Shown here one piece after another: positions 1 to 12,191 of a stretch of 64,000 nucleotides of DNA (position 1 is its first letter; every line of letters starts with the position of its first letter). Both the position numbers and the translations under genes were made by a program. Location of the stretch: NCBI RefSeq assembly GCF_024521635.1, contig NW_026250419.1, forward strand, positions 310,001 to 374,000, in the 5' to 3' direction. This DNA comes from Tricharina praecox. Lineage: Eukaryota. The notes below the pieces were generated by a model. That model did not search any database. It worked only from the letters and a program-made list of their open reading frames with translations, and had not been told where the DNA came from.

Positions 1-252
1 GTAAACTATACACAACTCAACTCAAAGAAAATAACGACGACTTGACTTGACGACTACGCAGACAAAACATTTGTACGTCAATGCAGCGTGTACCAAAACC
101 GCACATCCCTCGACGCTCGCTCGCTCTCAAGCAACACCCCGCGCCCTCGTCACCTCGTAACATCTCCAGAAGCAGAAGAGAAAAAAACAGATCATACCCA
201 CCGCCTAGGCCAAGTTGCTTCCACCCCGCCATCCGCACAGCACTGACAGAAC

Positions 253-1004
253 CTACGCCATCAGCCTATTCCTCCTCCTCCAAGCGGCAATGAACTCAAT
301 CTTCTCCTTCACGCCCAGATTCAACCTCTTGCTCCTACCAATTCTAGCCAAGGCCTCACTCCCGCGCTCACACACGCCATCTAAATCCTCATCCTCGTCC
401 GCGTCGGCGACAGTATCCGAGCTCTCGCGCTCCCTCTCCTCCTCCTCGGAAGACCTGGACCTCCTGCGCTCGCCGCCGGCATCGTTATAGATCGTATCGC
501 CGATACGCACGCGAATGCAGTGAGTCGGGCGCGAGAGCAAGCTCCACACGAACTTCTGGTAGGCACCGGGCACGGGCGTGGTGATGTCCGCGGGGGTGTA
601 TTTCAGCGAGATCGGGAAGATCTTGACTTTTCTGGGAGCGGAGGCGAGGGCGGGGGTGAAGCGGAGGATTCCGCGGCCGTTGGTTGGTGTGGCCTCCGGG
701 AACACGAGGATCGTGCGTGTTGGGTTCTGCGAGAGCAGGTCGGAGAGTGAGATTAGGTTCGCGGTTGACGAGGGCCGCAGGGTCGGCGTCGAGAAGTAGC
801 GGAAGAGGAACGCGGGGAGAGATACCCGCTCGACGAGACGCGTGCTGGGGTATGAAGCTGTGAAGATCGGGTCGAAGATCGCGGAGAGGTAGATTGCGTC
901 CAGCGGGGAGGTGTAGCTGGACAGGATTATGTTGCCTGGGCCTGGGAAGCGCGTCGCTTGTCGTGCTAGAGATCTGTTTCTCCCCCGTGTCAGCATCCAG
1001 CCTC

Positions 1005-1059
<55 letters not shown>

Positions 1060-1458
1060 CACGCACACGCACACGAGGAGACGAGGGACATACCCGCGCT
1101 TCACACCCTCAACCTGTAAATCCACCCACCAGACTCCGCTCACGCCGAGTATACACCACAGCCACACCTTCCGGATAAACGAGCCCACGGGCAGCCAATT
1201 CACGATCAGCAGGTACGGTGCAACCACCGAGATGAAGAACGGTAGGCGGAAGAGGAATATGAAGAAGCCATATGTGCTCTGGAACCATGACTGTGGGCCG
1301 TGGATTGGTAGGAACGGCGCGATCTGGGTGCCTGCATGAAAAAACATATTAGCTATTACTCCAACCCCCGCCTCCCCTGCTGGCTGCCAGCTGCTATGGA
1401 TGGGGTCGGTCCGCTCCACCAACATACCCCGATCACGGAAGCCTGAGAACTTCTCCAT
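253..1458 (-). CDS. Lysophosphatidic acid acyltransferase, LOA1/VPS66-like (PlsC family), 3 exons
   Basis: Starts MEKFSGFRDRG-T-IAPFLP; motifs SYTSPLDAIYL and VFPEATPTNGRGIL; GT-AG introns about 1427-1332 and 1093-974, both in frame so the ORF track reads through them. Confidence 0.85.
1007..1074. repeat. (CA)n microsatellite in intron 2 of the acyltransferase gene
   Basis: Long acacac run seen directly. Confidence 0.95.
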
Positions 1459-1941
1459 TGTTGTGGGTGGGTGCGTGCGTGTGTATGGAAGCGCGATTGT
1501 TCGTGGTTGTGTTTGTGTTGTGTTTGTGCTCGAGATATGTATCCGTGTCGTGTTGATGGAGACAGGCGTGTGTGTGGGGAGTGTCAGTTGCGGATCATCC
1601 TGTAAGTAAAGTGGTTGGCTGTGTTGTCGTTTTGTTGCGTGTTCCTCCGCTCGCTCGTCCGTCCAGTGATCCCCTGCCGTCTGATCTGTCCGCCACGCAA
1701 GAGCCGCACCGAGCACTGCTGCACGCTCTGCACTGCATTGCCCGAATCTGCAGGTGCCCCCAGCTTGATTATCACATGCTCCTCTCCGCCTTTTCTGTAC
1801 TCTAGTCTTGTGTGGTTACCTGGCAACGGCAGGCACATTCCACACACCAAAAAAACAACAACCGGTACTCCAAGTACCGGTACCACTACCCCAGCGTCAT
1901 CCATTAGGTAACCCCTTCTACTCTCCCTTCCACTCCCCGCG

Positions 1942-3019
1942 ATGCCCCAGGCCGGCATGCTATACACGGCCCTGTCCACGAGCACGATCTGGACCGTCGG
2001 CCTCCTTAGCAAACTGTTCCTCTACGGCGCCGCGCGCACTACGGTGACAGGACTCCCTGCCTTCCTCTCGCTGCTCGAGTCCCGGCGCCGCTCGCTCGCC
2101 GCGGGAGAGCCGATCCCGCGCGGGCTATTGACAGGTGCGTAACCGACCACCACCACCACCGGCCGGCAAGACGCCTACTGAAGCCGCTCGCACAGCATCA
2201 AACCACAAGAGCGTGTAAGCCCCGCTCGCTCCTTTGCACGCCCGCTCCTTTGCTCACCGCCGCCTCCCCTCCCGCAGTTTCGACGACCCCCTAATCTGGG
2301 GCACCCTCCCCCTCTCCCACCTCCTCCTTGGCCCCGCCAACCACCGTCACGCGCTCGGCAGCGCCGACATCTGCTTCACGACTCTCCCCACATCGGTGCT
2401 CTTCCGTCTCGGCCAAGTCCACCAGACCTACCGGCTGCACAAGTCCCCCTTGGGCGGGCTATTCCAGCCGACGCTCAACGCGCTGCCGCAACTACTGGAC
2501 GGCGGCGCGTGGGTGCATATTTTCCCCGAGGGGAGGGTACATCAGCACGAGGCGCAGCAGATGCGCTACTTCAAGTGGGGTGTGGCGAGACTGCTGCTCG
2601 AGCCGCGCGTGCAGCCCACGTTCGTGCCAATGTTTGTGACCGGCCTGGAGCGGGTCATGGCGGAGGACCGGGGGTTTCCGCGGTTCTTGCCCCGGGTCGG
2701 GAAAAGGATTAGAGTCGTGTATGGTGCTGCGGTGGACGATGGGCGGTTTGCGGATTTGAGGGGAGAGTGGCGGGCGCTGTGTGAGCGGGAGGGCGCGGCA
2801 AGGATCGAGGATAGTGAAGTGCTCAGGACGGGACGGGAGGCGGTCGCGTTGAGGATTGAGGCTACGAGGAGGGTAAGGGAGGAGGTCCTCAAGTTGCGGA
2901 GATCACTGGGCTATCCCGACGAGGAGCCGGGTGCTGGTGATCCAGACACCTACCGGCTACCGGGCATGGACGCGAAGGAGGGGAGGCTCGCAGATGGCAC
3001 GTTGGTGAAGGATACGTAA
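1942..3019 (+). CDS. TAZ1: Tafazzin (monolysocardiolipin transacylase), 3 exons
   Basis: Spliced 1942-2134, 2196-2214, 2278-3019 gives TASNHKSVFDDPLIWG; also WVHIFPEGRVHQ and YFKWGVARL tafazzin motifs. Confidence 0.92.
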
Positions 3020-3425
3020 CGTTGTACACGTGCTCAAGTAGGTAGACAGAAAGAGCCTGGAGCTCTGGTGCCCCGCCACCAGCTTGGCGTCACAGCTTCT
3101 CTGTGAACATACATATAGGAAAACGAAAGGAAAAAAAACAAAGAACGAGTGGTATAGAGCAACAAATGAACCGATACAAGAGGATACAAGAGTAAAGTAA
3201 GTAAGTAAGCAGCGAGGAAATTATTAGGTACACTCTTCGCCTGTAACCTGGTCGAAGAGAAGGCCTAGTTAAGTGGAAGGGTATGAACGACATATAAAAC
3301 TAATCAACATCCAGCAATCCCACATCCCTATATTCGCTAAAACCCAAAAAAGAAAGAAAAAAAACTCCTCATAAAGACCTCCGACTCGGTGTCGCCGGCA
3401 AAGCTTGACTATGATTTCCGGCATT

Positions 3426-6116
3426 CTATACCTTGATCTGCTTCTTTGCAGTGCCGATGGTGGTGTTGTTGACCTTGGTCGCGAACTTGAGTGAAGTTAA
3501 AGTCTCACTCATGTGGGCCATCATCGGTGACACCATCACGAACATGAGACACTTGCTGTTGCCGCCCAGCGAGTATTGCAGGAGATAGGTGAGCTGGTCA
3601 ACGTATTAGCAAATTCCTAGCGCATCGATCAACTGGATGGGCAACTATACCTTAGAGTTCCTGTACGGGATGTGAGTACCCTCCTTGCCACTGCCCAGCG
3701 CCGCAATCACGTCTCCCAAGCAACTCAAACTCCTGTTGATGCTCTGGGTTTCCTTCAGCCTCTCACCCGCACTCTGACTGTGTGACAGCCTCTCACTACC
3801 CGCCAAATCGACCAAGTTGAGAGTTCCCTCGCTCCGTTGGCCAGTTGTATGGTTGACACCCTTGAGCTTGAGGATGAAGACACTGTGAGACCGCGAGGAT
3901 CTCTGGTTGGCCATGGTCGCGGCGACCGACCGGGTTTGTGAGGCGCGGCGGAGGATGGTGTCAACCTGGCCTGGGTCCTCGAGGACAACAGTCTCCACAT
4001 CTGTGATGGTAGTCTTCATCTCCTTGGGATCGTGACGGATCTCGTGCTTTCTCTTGTCCAAGTCGTCCGCCTTGCCCAAGAGATCGTTGATGCTCTCGTT
4101 GTAGACTTCGACAAAGTTTCCCTCCATGGTGTAGGTCCAGCCCTTGGATTCGAGACCCTTGGCCGTCTCGTAGATCTGATGCACTGCTCGAGGAATCATA
4201 CCGTCCGGAGAAGACATGGTGAACGTCTTTCCGGCACCGGTCTGACCATAACAGAAGATGCAGACATTGTATCCGTCCAAGGCACTCTGAATCAACTGAG
4301 AAATCTCTTCGAACACATCGGCATTCTGGTCCCTGGGACCAAACACCTTGTCGAACGAGAACGGATGCGTCTTGGTGAGTTCCTTGCCCAAAGCGCTCTT
4401 CTCGGCGGGTCCCACCACTTCGATCTCCTTTCCTTCCAATTCCGTATCCGGGAAGCGGATTTCGGCCGCGTTGTCGCTTTCGTGTGGGAGAGTTGGACGG
4501 ACTCTGCAGAACACACGGATGTTTCCCTTGAGCTCTTGAACCTGGTTGTGCAGTCTGCGTCTGATGATCTCCTCGTTGCGAAGCTTCTCTTCGACAATCG
4601 CCGTCTTCTCGTGCGCCTCTTTAAGCTGTAGCTCCAACGCAGCGAAATCATGTGCCTGAGACTGCCCTTGGTTTTCGAGCGCCTCAATCCGGGTCCGGAG
4701 AGCCCGAGTCGTAGACTCCATGCCGAGACTGAGCGAGTCGGATTCCGAGATTTTGTCCCGGAGTTGAATGTTGAGGTTGCGCTCCCGCTCAAGTTCGGCC
4801 ATCTTCGCCTCCAGCTCCATCTTCAAGCCCCTCGTCTCCCTTCCGGTACCATCCATCTGCATTTCCAACCTCTGTTTCTCCATAGCGATCTGGTTCTTCA
4901 TCTCCTGAATCTCTCTCGCCTTATTTCCCTTCTCGTCCATGAGCTCCATACGGAGCTTACGCTCCAACGAGTCCATTGCCTGCTGGTGGGCTCGCTTCAA
5001 GTCGCCTAGCTCATCCCTCGACCTCCGTTGAGCATCTTCCCGTTCAATACGGCGATCTCTTCGCTCGTCCTCGAGGGTACGTTCCAGTTCGGCCGCTTTC
5101 CGCCGGAAGGTATCGGCTTCGACCTTCGCTCTAGCCGCCTCGCTCTCCAACATGACCCGCTTTGTCTCCCACTGTACCTCTATCGCACACGACAACAGGG
5201 TTGAGCATCTGCCCGCTAAATCGAAAAACGACACGGGGGAACCTACCTTTGTCCTTGATCTGGGCCGACTCCTGCCGACTGTCAAAGTACATCGACTTCA
5301 ATTCCTTGATCTCGGCCTCGTGATGTGCCAGCTTCGATTGCAGCTCCGATTCTACCGGCATAGGGATCAGCATCGTACCACAGTACCACTCCACCTTCCA
5401 CCACCAACGGAACACGCGGCTGCAGGTCCCCACCTTTCATGCGGGGCGTCTTGAATCTCTCAAAAGCGCTCTCTGGGCCATCGTCGCCGTCAAACACCTC
5501 CTCGTCCTCCTGCATGCTCTGTGCACTAGACGGCCTGCGGGGAGCGGGGGTAGCATGTCTGAAGCCCAGCGAGCTGTTAGGCCTGGACGAGCCGGGCGGG
5601 CGACTCCCCCCGATGGCGCTTTTGACACCCGGCGCCGGCGTCTTCGCCATCGCCGCGAGGTTGCTGTTCGACCGCTTCGGCGCAAGCATCGGTCGGGTTT
5701 TGTCGAATTGCGCGGCGCGGTCCGCGAGCGTCGTGCGTTGGTTGCCATCTGTTAAGGTGCGTTTAGTGAACCGCTCCACATACATACATGCATGCATGCC
5801 GCAGCATGGTCGAGGGGGAGACGGGAGGTGGTGCGGATGCTGCTGCTGGTTACTCACTGGTGGTAGGCTTGTTGGCTTTGAAGGACGCGGTCAACGCCTT
5901 CGACGGCGGTGGCATCATCGTGTTGTTGTTGTTGTTTGGCTGCAATACTCTCCCAATGGGTGTTGGAGGGGGGATTCTGCTGCCGTGACTCGAGGTCGGT
6001 CGAGGGAGAGCGGATTGGATCTTGAATGAAGGGTTAGTTAGGGGCAAGTCGTGAGGACAGGGTGTTGGAGAGAGAGGGAGGGAGAGGGAGCTACGAACTG
6101 GTCGTTCGCCGGCCAT
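3426..6116 (-). CDS. KAR3: Kinesin-14 minus-end motor (KAR3/KlpA), about 6 exons
   Basis: Basic N-terminal tail, coiled coil, LQELKGNIRVFCRVRP-type neck, P-loop YGQTGAGKT, SSRSH and LVDLAGSE in a C-terminal motor; last exon ends TAG at 3426. Confidence 0.93.
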
Positions 6117-6696
6117 GACGGCTCGGTGTGAGGGGGGGGGGCTGAGGTCAGACGGATGAGTACTGGTTCAATTTTAGTTGGTGGTGCGGGCCGGGCTGCG
6201 GGTCGCTCGCTCGCTGCTGTATGTATGTACCTGGACACCTGCTGTTAAATGAGACCGGCAGTAGAGTTTGGTTCGTGTTGTCGACAAAGCGGCGTGTGGG
6301 TACCAGTGGCAGGTATGGATGGCTATTATTCACGGGGTAGATGTTGGTGGAAATCGATGATGAGGCCCGAGCAAAGTGGAGGGTTGTTGTGGTAAAGTAG
6401 TGGTGCGGGCGGCTTTCTGGAGGAGTAAACACAAAAGAGAAACACGCCTTGCCAACACCATGCTGGGACGGCACGTGCACGTTGCTAGTGGCAACGCAGG
6501 ATGCCCCCCCAGCCAACCAGCAACGGTCTGCGCGCATGCAGTTGAGTATTACCTATACACTTGAGCTGCTTGGAAACAGACACTCCTACAGACTGCAATT
6601 ATCGACGAATTCCAGCAGCAGCAGCATTCAAGCACGGACAGACACATAGACCGAGGGAAGAGATCAATCAATCAATTAATCACACGGCCGATCACC

Positions 6697-8018
6697 ATGT
6701 CGCACTCCAAACGCAACACATCTCTCGCATTCTTCACGTGAGAAATCCCATACCGCTGTTTCGCGGCCGGTGGTAATCGCTGACATGCCGGATTTACAGC
6801 TCGTACGAACGCTCCCTGCTCAAAGGCGACTACGGCAAGCAACGAACCCGACTCACGCGTGACTCGTTCAAAGCCTTCGATGCGTGCAACCTGTGCCTGG
6901 TGCGAGCGCGCGACCCCGTCGCCTGTCCCAAAGGCGAACTGTTCTGCCGCGAGTGCGCGGTCGAGAACCTGCTCTCGCAGCGGAAGGAGATCAAGCGCAT
7001 GCAGGTGGACCTGGACCGGCGAGCGAAGGAGGACGAGGAGCAGCGCGTGCTCGAGGATGAGGAGGCGAAGCAGCGCGCCGTGAAGGATTTTGAGCTCCTG
7101 CAGATGGGCCTCGAGATCAGGAATAGCAGGGAGAACAAGGGCAAGAGTGTGGTCGGCATGGCGCCGAAGGTCGTGGGAAGGGTGAATGGCAAGATTGTGC
7201 TCGAGGAGGACGAGGAGGAGGAGCCGGCGCAGGGAGACGAGGCCAACAGGAAGCCCGGGGGTGCCAAGAGGAAGTTCGAATTGGACGAGGAGGAGCTCAT
7301 GAGACTTGCACGCGACGAGCGAAAGAAGGCCAAGGCAGCCTTGTCGGAGGAGAAGGTGAGCGACAGCCTGCACCATCCTATATGTCCCCTTGCCTCGTTC
7401 TGACTCGGCTGCATACAGACCAAAGCATCTGCCACCAAGCTCCCGTCGTTCTGGGTCCCCAGCCTGACGCCTTCAGTAGCCAGTACGGACATCACACGGA
7501 AGACGCCGAAGCTGAGTCCTGTGTGCCCTGCGTCGACGAAGGACAACATCCACCACTACTCGCTCAAGACGCTGATATCGGTCAAATTCACGGAGGAGGC
7601 GGACGAGAAGACACAGTATGGTGATCCGCAGCGGATATGTCCGAGCTGCAAGAAGGTGCTGAGCAACAGCATGAAGGCCATGCGTCAGTAACATACCGCT
7701 CCCCCCACCGTCTGTCCGATACGTAGCTGCGGCTAACATGCAGACTCTGCAGTGGCGAAACCTTGTGGGCATGTGGTTTGTAAACCATGCGCGGACAAAT
7801 TCTTGACACCCACGTCCGACGACCCACACGACAAGACTGCGAGATTGGTGCAATGCTTTGTCTGCGAAGCAGATCTCACGAGCAAAGGAAAGCCGTCGAA
7901 GAAGGACAAGGACAAGATCCTCCCCGGCCTGGTGCTGATACAGAGCGACGGCACAGGGTTTTCTGCCGGAGGAGGAAACGTCACGACCGAGAGGGAAGGA
8001 ATAGCCTTCCAGTGCTGA
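6697..8018 (+). CDS. NOSIP-like RING/U-box protein (nitric oxide synthase-interacting protein homologue), 4 exons
   Basis: MSHSKRNTSLAFFT/SYER, RLTRDSFKAFDACNLCL, LPSFWVPSLTP, KPCGHVVCKPC, C-terminal GIAFQC; three canonical introns. Confidence 0.85.
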
Positions 8019-8420
8019 TTGCGTACCATAACCTATATATCTGCTTCCACTACGCGCTGGGGAGGGGGGAGGGGGAAGGAACCAACTGCATCATGACGAC
8101 GGAAGCAGTTGGCATGTATGATACTTTACGTTTCCGCACTAAAGATGCACTCCGAGGCCAGATAAATACTTAGAGATATTTTTAAAGTGCATTCTCCTAC
8201 GACTTCATATGTTCTGCACCCCACGTTAACTTACACTCCTCCTCTCACTGTGCCTCTCGGTGCCCCTCTATCTATCTATCGTACTGCTCCGCTTAGATTT
8301 ATCACCCACCGACCATCCACGACCCATCCCCCGTATATACCGGCCACATGCCAGATAGAGTACCCCTCACCCAACATACCGTAGCCACGCCGCACGCAAG
8401 CAAGCAACTCCGTAAATAGT

Positions 8421-8724
8421 GTTTTGTCAGATTAGATCAAGTAATTTTCCCGTCATCGCCGACTCTCCACGCACCACATCCCGTCGGACCACCCACCCGG
8501 CGCCGCACATCATCACCAGCACCCTCTCGCCCATCCCGCCTCCGAGCGCCTCTGTCAGTCCTCCGAAGAAGAGCGACGCGAAACACGCCCGGGATTCGGG
8601 ATAGGCAAGGCAGGGTAAGTGAGCGGCAGCGCAAGGAGCATCAAAGCATCGGGAGGAAGGACGGGAAGTGTGGCAGTAACGCGTGTGGGTGCGGCTCGAG
8701 TGCTCAGTTATCTTCATCCAAAAC
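8421..8724 (-). ncRNA. Box C/D guide RNA (scaRNA-like), predicted to target U2 snRNA G25
   Basis: Terminal complementarity GUUUUG/CAAAAC; C-like UGGAUGA (8720-8714); D' CUGA (8707-8704); long hairpin with C(UUCG)G; C' GCGAUGA (8459-8453); ACUUGAUCUAA (8442-8432) complementary to U2 UUAGAUCAAGU; D box CUGA (8430-8427). Confidence 0.75.
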
Positions 8725-9419
8725 GAGGAAGGAGATTTTTAAAGATTGTTTTTCTTTTTTGTTTCCTTCCTACGGGAAGAAGAAGAAGAAGAAGGAGAAG
8801 AGAAGAAGAAGAAGAAGAAGAAGGGAGGGAGGGCTGCTGGAGTAGGGATATGGCATGATGGGATGGGTAGGGTTAGCGCGGCTTGGGCTGGGTTGGGCTG
8901 GGTTTGGGTTTGGGTTGCTCCGTCGTCGCTGTCTGGGCCGCCGGGTACACCAGATTACCGGGGTGGCGGAAGGTGACCGGTGCCCAAACTCTTTTCCACG
9001 TCGAACGGACAAGACAAGAGAAAGCGACGGGGGCGAGGGGGACGAGCGAGGCGGGAGCTGAGAGGAGGTGGAGGAGGAGGAGGGGGAGGGGGAGAAGGCA
9101 AATGGAGAAGGCAAAGGGTGACACAGAGCACGGAGCTGTGGCCGGTCAAGCGAAGAGATGCAGAGAGAGAGAACACAGCGAAGAAGGGAATGCATACAAG
9201 GGAGGGGAGGGAGAGTCTGTGTCATGCCTGACAGAACAGAGACAAAGGTGAGTGAATGAGTAAGTGAGAAGGGATTCTGGATGCCCGTCATACGTTTTCG
9301 CGTCAACTTCGTTCCTCCGAATATCAGCACTTTGCATGCGGCTTAGTGAGGGGGAGGGAAAGGGCTGCGTAGGAGGGGGGTGGTAGTGGGTTGGTGGTGG
9401 GTTGGTCACTCAGCCAGCG

Positions 9420-9489
9420 GTGGTGGGTTGGTGGTGGTGGTGGTGATGGTGGTGGAGATGGTGGTGGTGGTGGTGGTGGTGGTGGTGGT
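9420..9489. repeat. (GGT)n trinucleotide tract
   Basis: Imperfect ggtggtggt run seen directly. Confidence 0.9.
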
Positions 9490-10052
9490 CGGGTTTATTC
9501 AGATTGCGCCTAGCTCGCCCTCGTACCTTCCCTTCCGTCCTTTGCTTCGAGGCTTTGCTTGGTTTACTTGCGCGGGAAAGTGAGTGTGTGTGGTTGACTC
9601 TGACATAAATAAGGCGTTTTCCCCCGACCTTGGACTTGTGCTGATTTTTTTCTTAACTCTGAACTGTCCTCTGCCCCACTAAATTCACCCCATTAGGCGA
9701 TTCGCTGCCTTTCTTTGTCCGGTCAATTGCCCGCTTCCGGCAGTCGTCTCTCTCCCGACGACCACACCGCCACAGCCCGCCGCAACTCGCATATCGACTC
9801 CACACATCCCTCCCAATCCAGCGATATTATCTCACTCACTCACCCACTCCCGTCTGTCGGCCAAAACGTCTCATTAAGCCGCCATCGCTGCTTCATCCCC
9901 ACAAAGAAACAAGACGTAAAGAAGAAGAAAGAAAGAAAGAAAGAGAGACAGTGTGTTGGAGTGAGAGAAAAGAAAAGAGAAGAAAGGAAAAAAGAAAGAA
10001 CAGAAAATAATAGAAGGGAGAGAGGGCGAAAAGAAAGAAGGCGAAAAAGGAA

Positions 10053-11387
10053 ATGTCCGAATACTATTACGATCCTGTCCACGCTTCAGCCCAAGCGACG
10101 ACTAGCCACCATCTTCAGCATCACCAACATCACCCACCTCCACTGTCATCCCTGTCGCCTCCTCCTCCACCCTCACAATCCCAGAGTGCTTTCGTGGATC
10201 TGTTCCCCCACGCCGCATCGCCCCCTCCACTCCAACACCACCACCAGCAGCAGCTACTGCATCACGGGCATCATCACCAGATACTTCAACATCAACACCG
10301 GCACCAGCAACAACTACAAATACAACAACAACAGCTACAGCTACACTTACAGCTACAGCACCAGCAACAACAGCAGCACCAGCAACAGCAACAACAACTC
10401 CAGCAACAGCAACAACAATTCCAGCAACAACTCCAGCAACAACAACAACTCCACTACCACAATAACAACAACGACAACAACGACAACAACTCCCAGCAGC
10501 TTCTCAACAACAACCAGAACAACTATCCCCTCGCATCCTCCTCCTCCCCTCCACCCACCCTCGCGATGCAAGCACCGCCACCGACCTCGCCACCGCCGGG
10601 TGCAAAACCTAAAGCCACCCGACGCCGTAGAAACGTCAAAACGGAAGTGGTTGACGATCCGAGCGACAGCAACAGCAGCTCTGGTAACAACCAAACTGCC
10701 TCACCCCCGGTTCCGTCAATTCCGTCTGCCAATGCTCCCCGCTACGTGCATATCAAAACTAAGTTCCCAGTGGCGAGGATCAAGCGCATAATGCAGGCCG
10801 ATGAAGACGTCGGGAAAGTCGCACAGGTTCGTCCACTCCCACATCGCAACTTTGTTTTATGCCCTCTTCCACCTTACCCTTCAATACCCACCCCCTTACC
10901 CCCCGTTCTGCCCTACTCTGTAGGCGCTCAACCACCTATTACAATACCCCTCGCTCGCCCTAATCTCCCTCATGCAGGGTATGGAATGCCCCCTCCATTT
11001 GGCGCTATCCATCTCCCGCTGTTCGGCTGGGTACCCGCGCCGACCCGTGGCTAATCAATCATGTTTCTGCGCCTCCAGGTAACTCCGGTCGTCGTCAACA
11101 AAGCCCTTGAATTGTTCATGATCTCTCTGTGCGACAAGGCGTCCGAAGAAGCCCGTCTGCGCAACAGCAAACGCATCACCGCCGGCCATCTCAAGCAGGC
11201 GATCCTTCACGTCGAGCAGTTCGATTTCCTCGCCGACATCATCCAGAAGATCGCCGACATCCCCGCTCCGTCGGCCGAAGGTGCCAACCTGACCAATAAC
11301 GGATCCGATAGCCCCGAGGATGTTCAGCCAGCAAAGAAGACCAGAAGGCCGAGACAGAAAAAGGTTAAAGATGAGGACGCGTTCTAG
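10053..11387 (+). CDS. BUR6: Negative cofactor 2 alpha subunit (BUR6/DRAP1/NctA-like histone fold) with polyQ/H/N N-terminus
   Basis: [38 protein letters not shown] histone fold; intron 10827-11078; start codon uncertain (10053 or a downstream ATG). Confidence 0.85.
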
Positions 11388-12191
11388 AATCTACAACAGT
11401 GAGAGACAGCAGCAGCAGCAGCAGCAACACGGTGTTAGAGGCGCGGGTCGGTCCGTGGTTTCTTTAGGTTCTTCTGCTAGTTCTCATAGACATCCGGCTC
11501 GACAAGTTTGGCATTGGATTAGGATACTTTTTTTCGAGGTCGATAGGGGCATTCTTTGATCTTGCGGGGGAGTCTGTTGGTGCTCCTGATGTGTCTTATC
11601 TGTTTTTTTCTTCTTTTCCTAACTTTGCGTGCTCGATCTGCTTTCCACGGGGTGTCACTTGCTTGGTTTGGTTTTGGTTTTAACGGAGGGTCTGCTTGAT
11701 TTTTCTTTTTTGTGCGTTTGCTTGCTCGTTTGCTTGCACGGCTGGGGGAGTCTCTGGGGGCATGGGTTTGGCATTTCTTTTCACACCTGGGGGTCAATTC
11801 TTTGTATTACTAGGGTTTCTTCTCTTCTGTTCTTCTCCTTCTTCTTCTCTTGGGATGGATGGGCGTGCGTGCTTTTTGCCGTGTGTCTGGCGCCGGGACA
11901 TGCGTGGTTCTTTCCTTTGAATACTACGTGCGGGCGGGTGGTGAGAGGCGGGTTCTGTTTGAGCCCTGACATGGCCTTTGCGGTTGAAAGCGTGACGGAC
12001 AGACAGCAGGTGATGTCGGGTGAAGTCAACCATTATATGTAGTAGTGAAGCACGGACCACGCGAAATGACGTATCGCTCGCTACTATGGAGCTAGAGTAG
12101 AGCAGAGCCGACCGCCGTCGTCTCATCCCACTTCCCCACAGCCAGCCAACCAACCAACCCCACAGCCAACGCCATCACCCCCATCTCCAAA

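Noticed and set aside
1459..1716. N-terminal extension of the 487-aa ORF
   Set aside because: Depends on a non-ATG start and is low complexity; the family-like N-terminus begins at MEKFS (1458)
8510..8516. Perfect GTGATGA as the 5' box C of a short ~95-nt snoRNA
   Set aside because: It lies within the 3' arm of the long hairpin and has weak terminal pairing; the longer 8724-8421 model fits better, though a shorter processed form is not excluded
8427..8717. 96-aa and 65-aa minus-strand ORFs over the C/D RNA
   Set aside because: No protein motif; RNA structure and boxes explain the sequence
8869..8877. CTAACCCTA on the minus strand, resembling a telomerase RNA template
   Set aside because: Better explained as an intron branch point (GCTAAC); no convincing downstream pseudoknot or CR4/5 was seen
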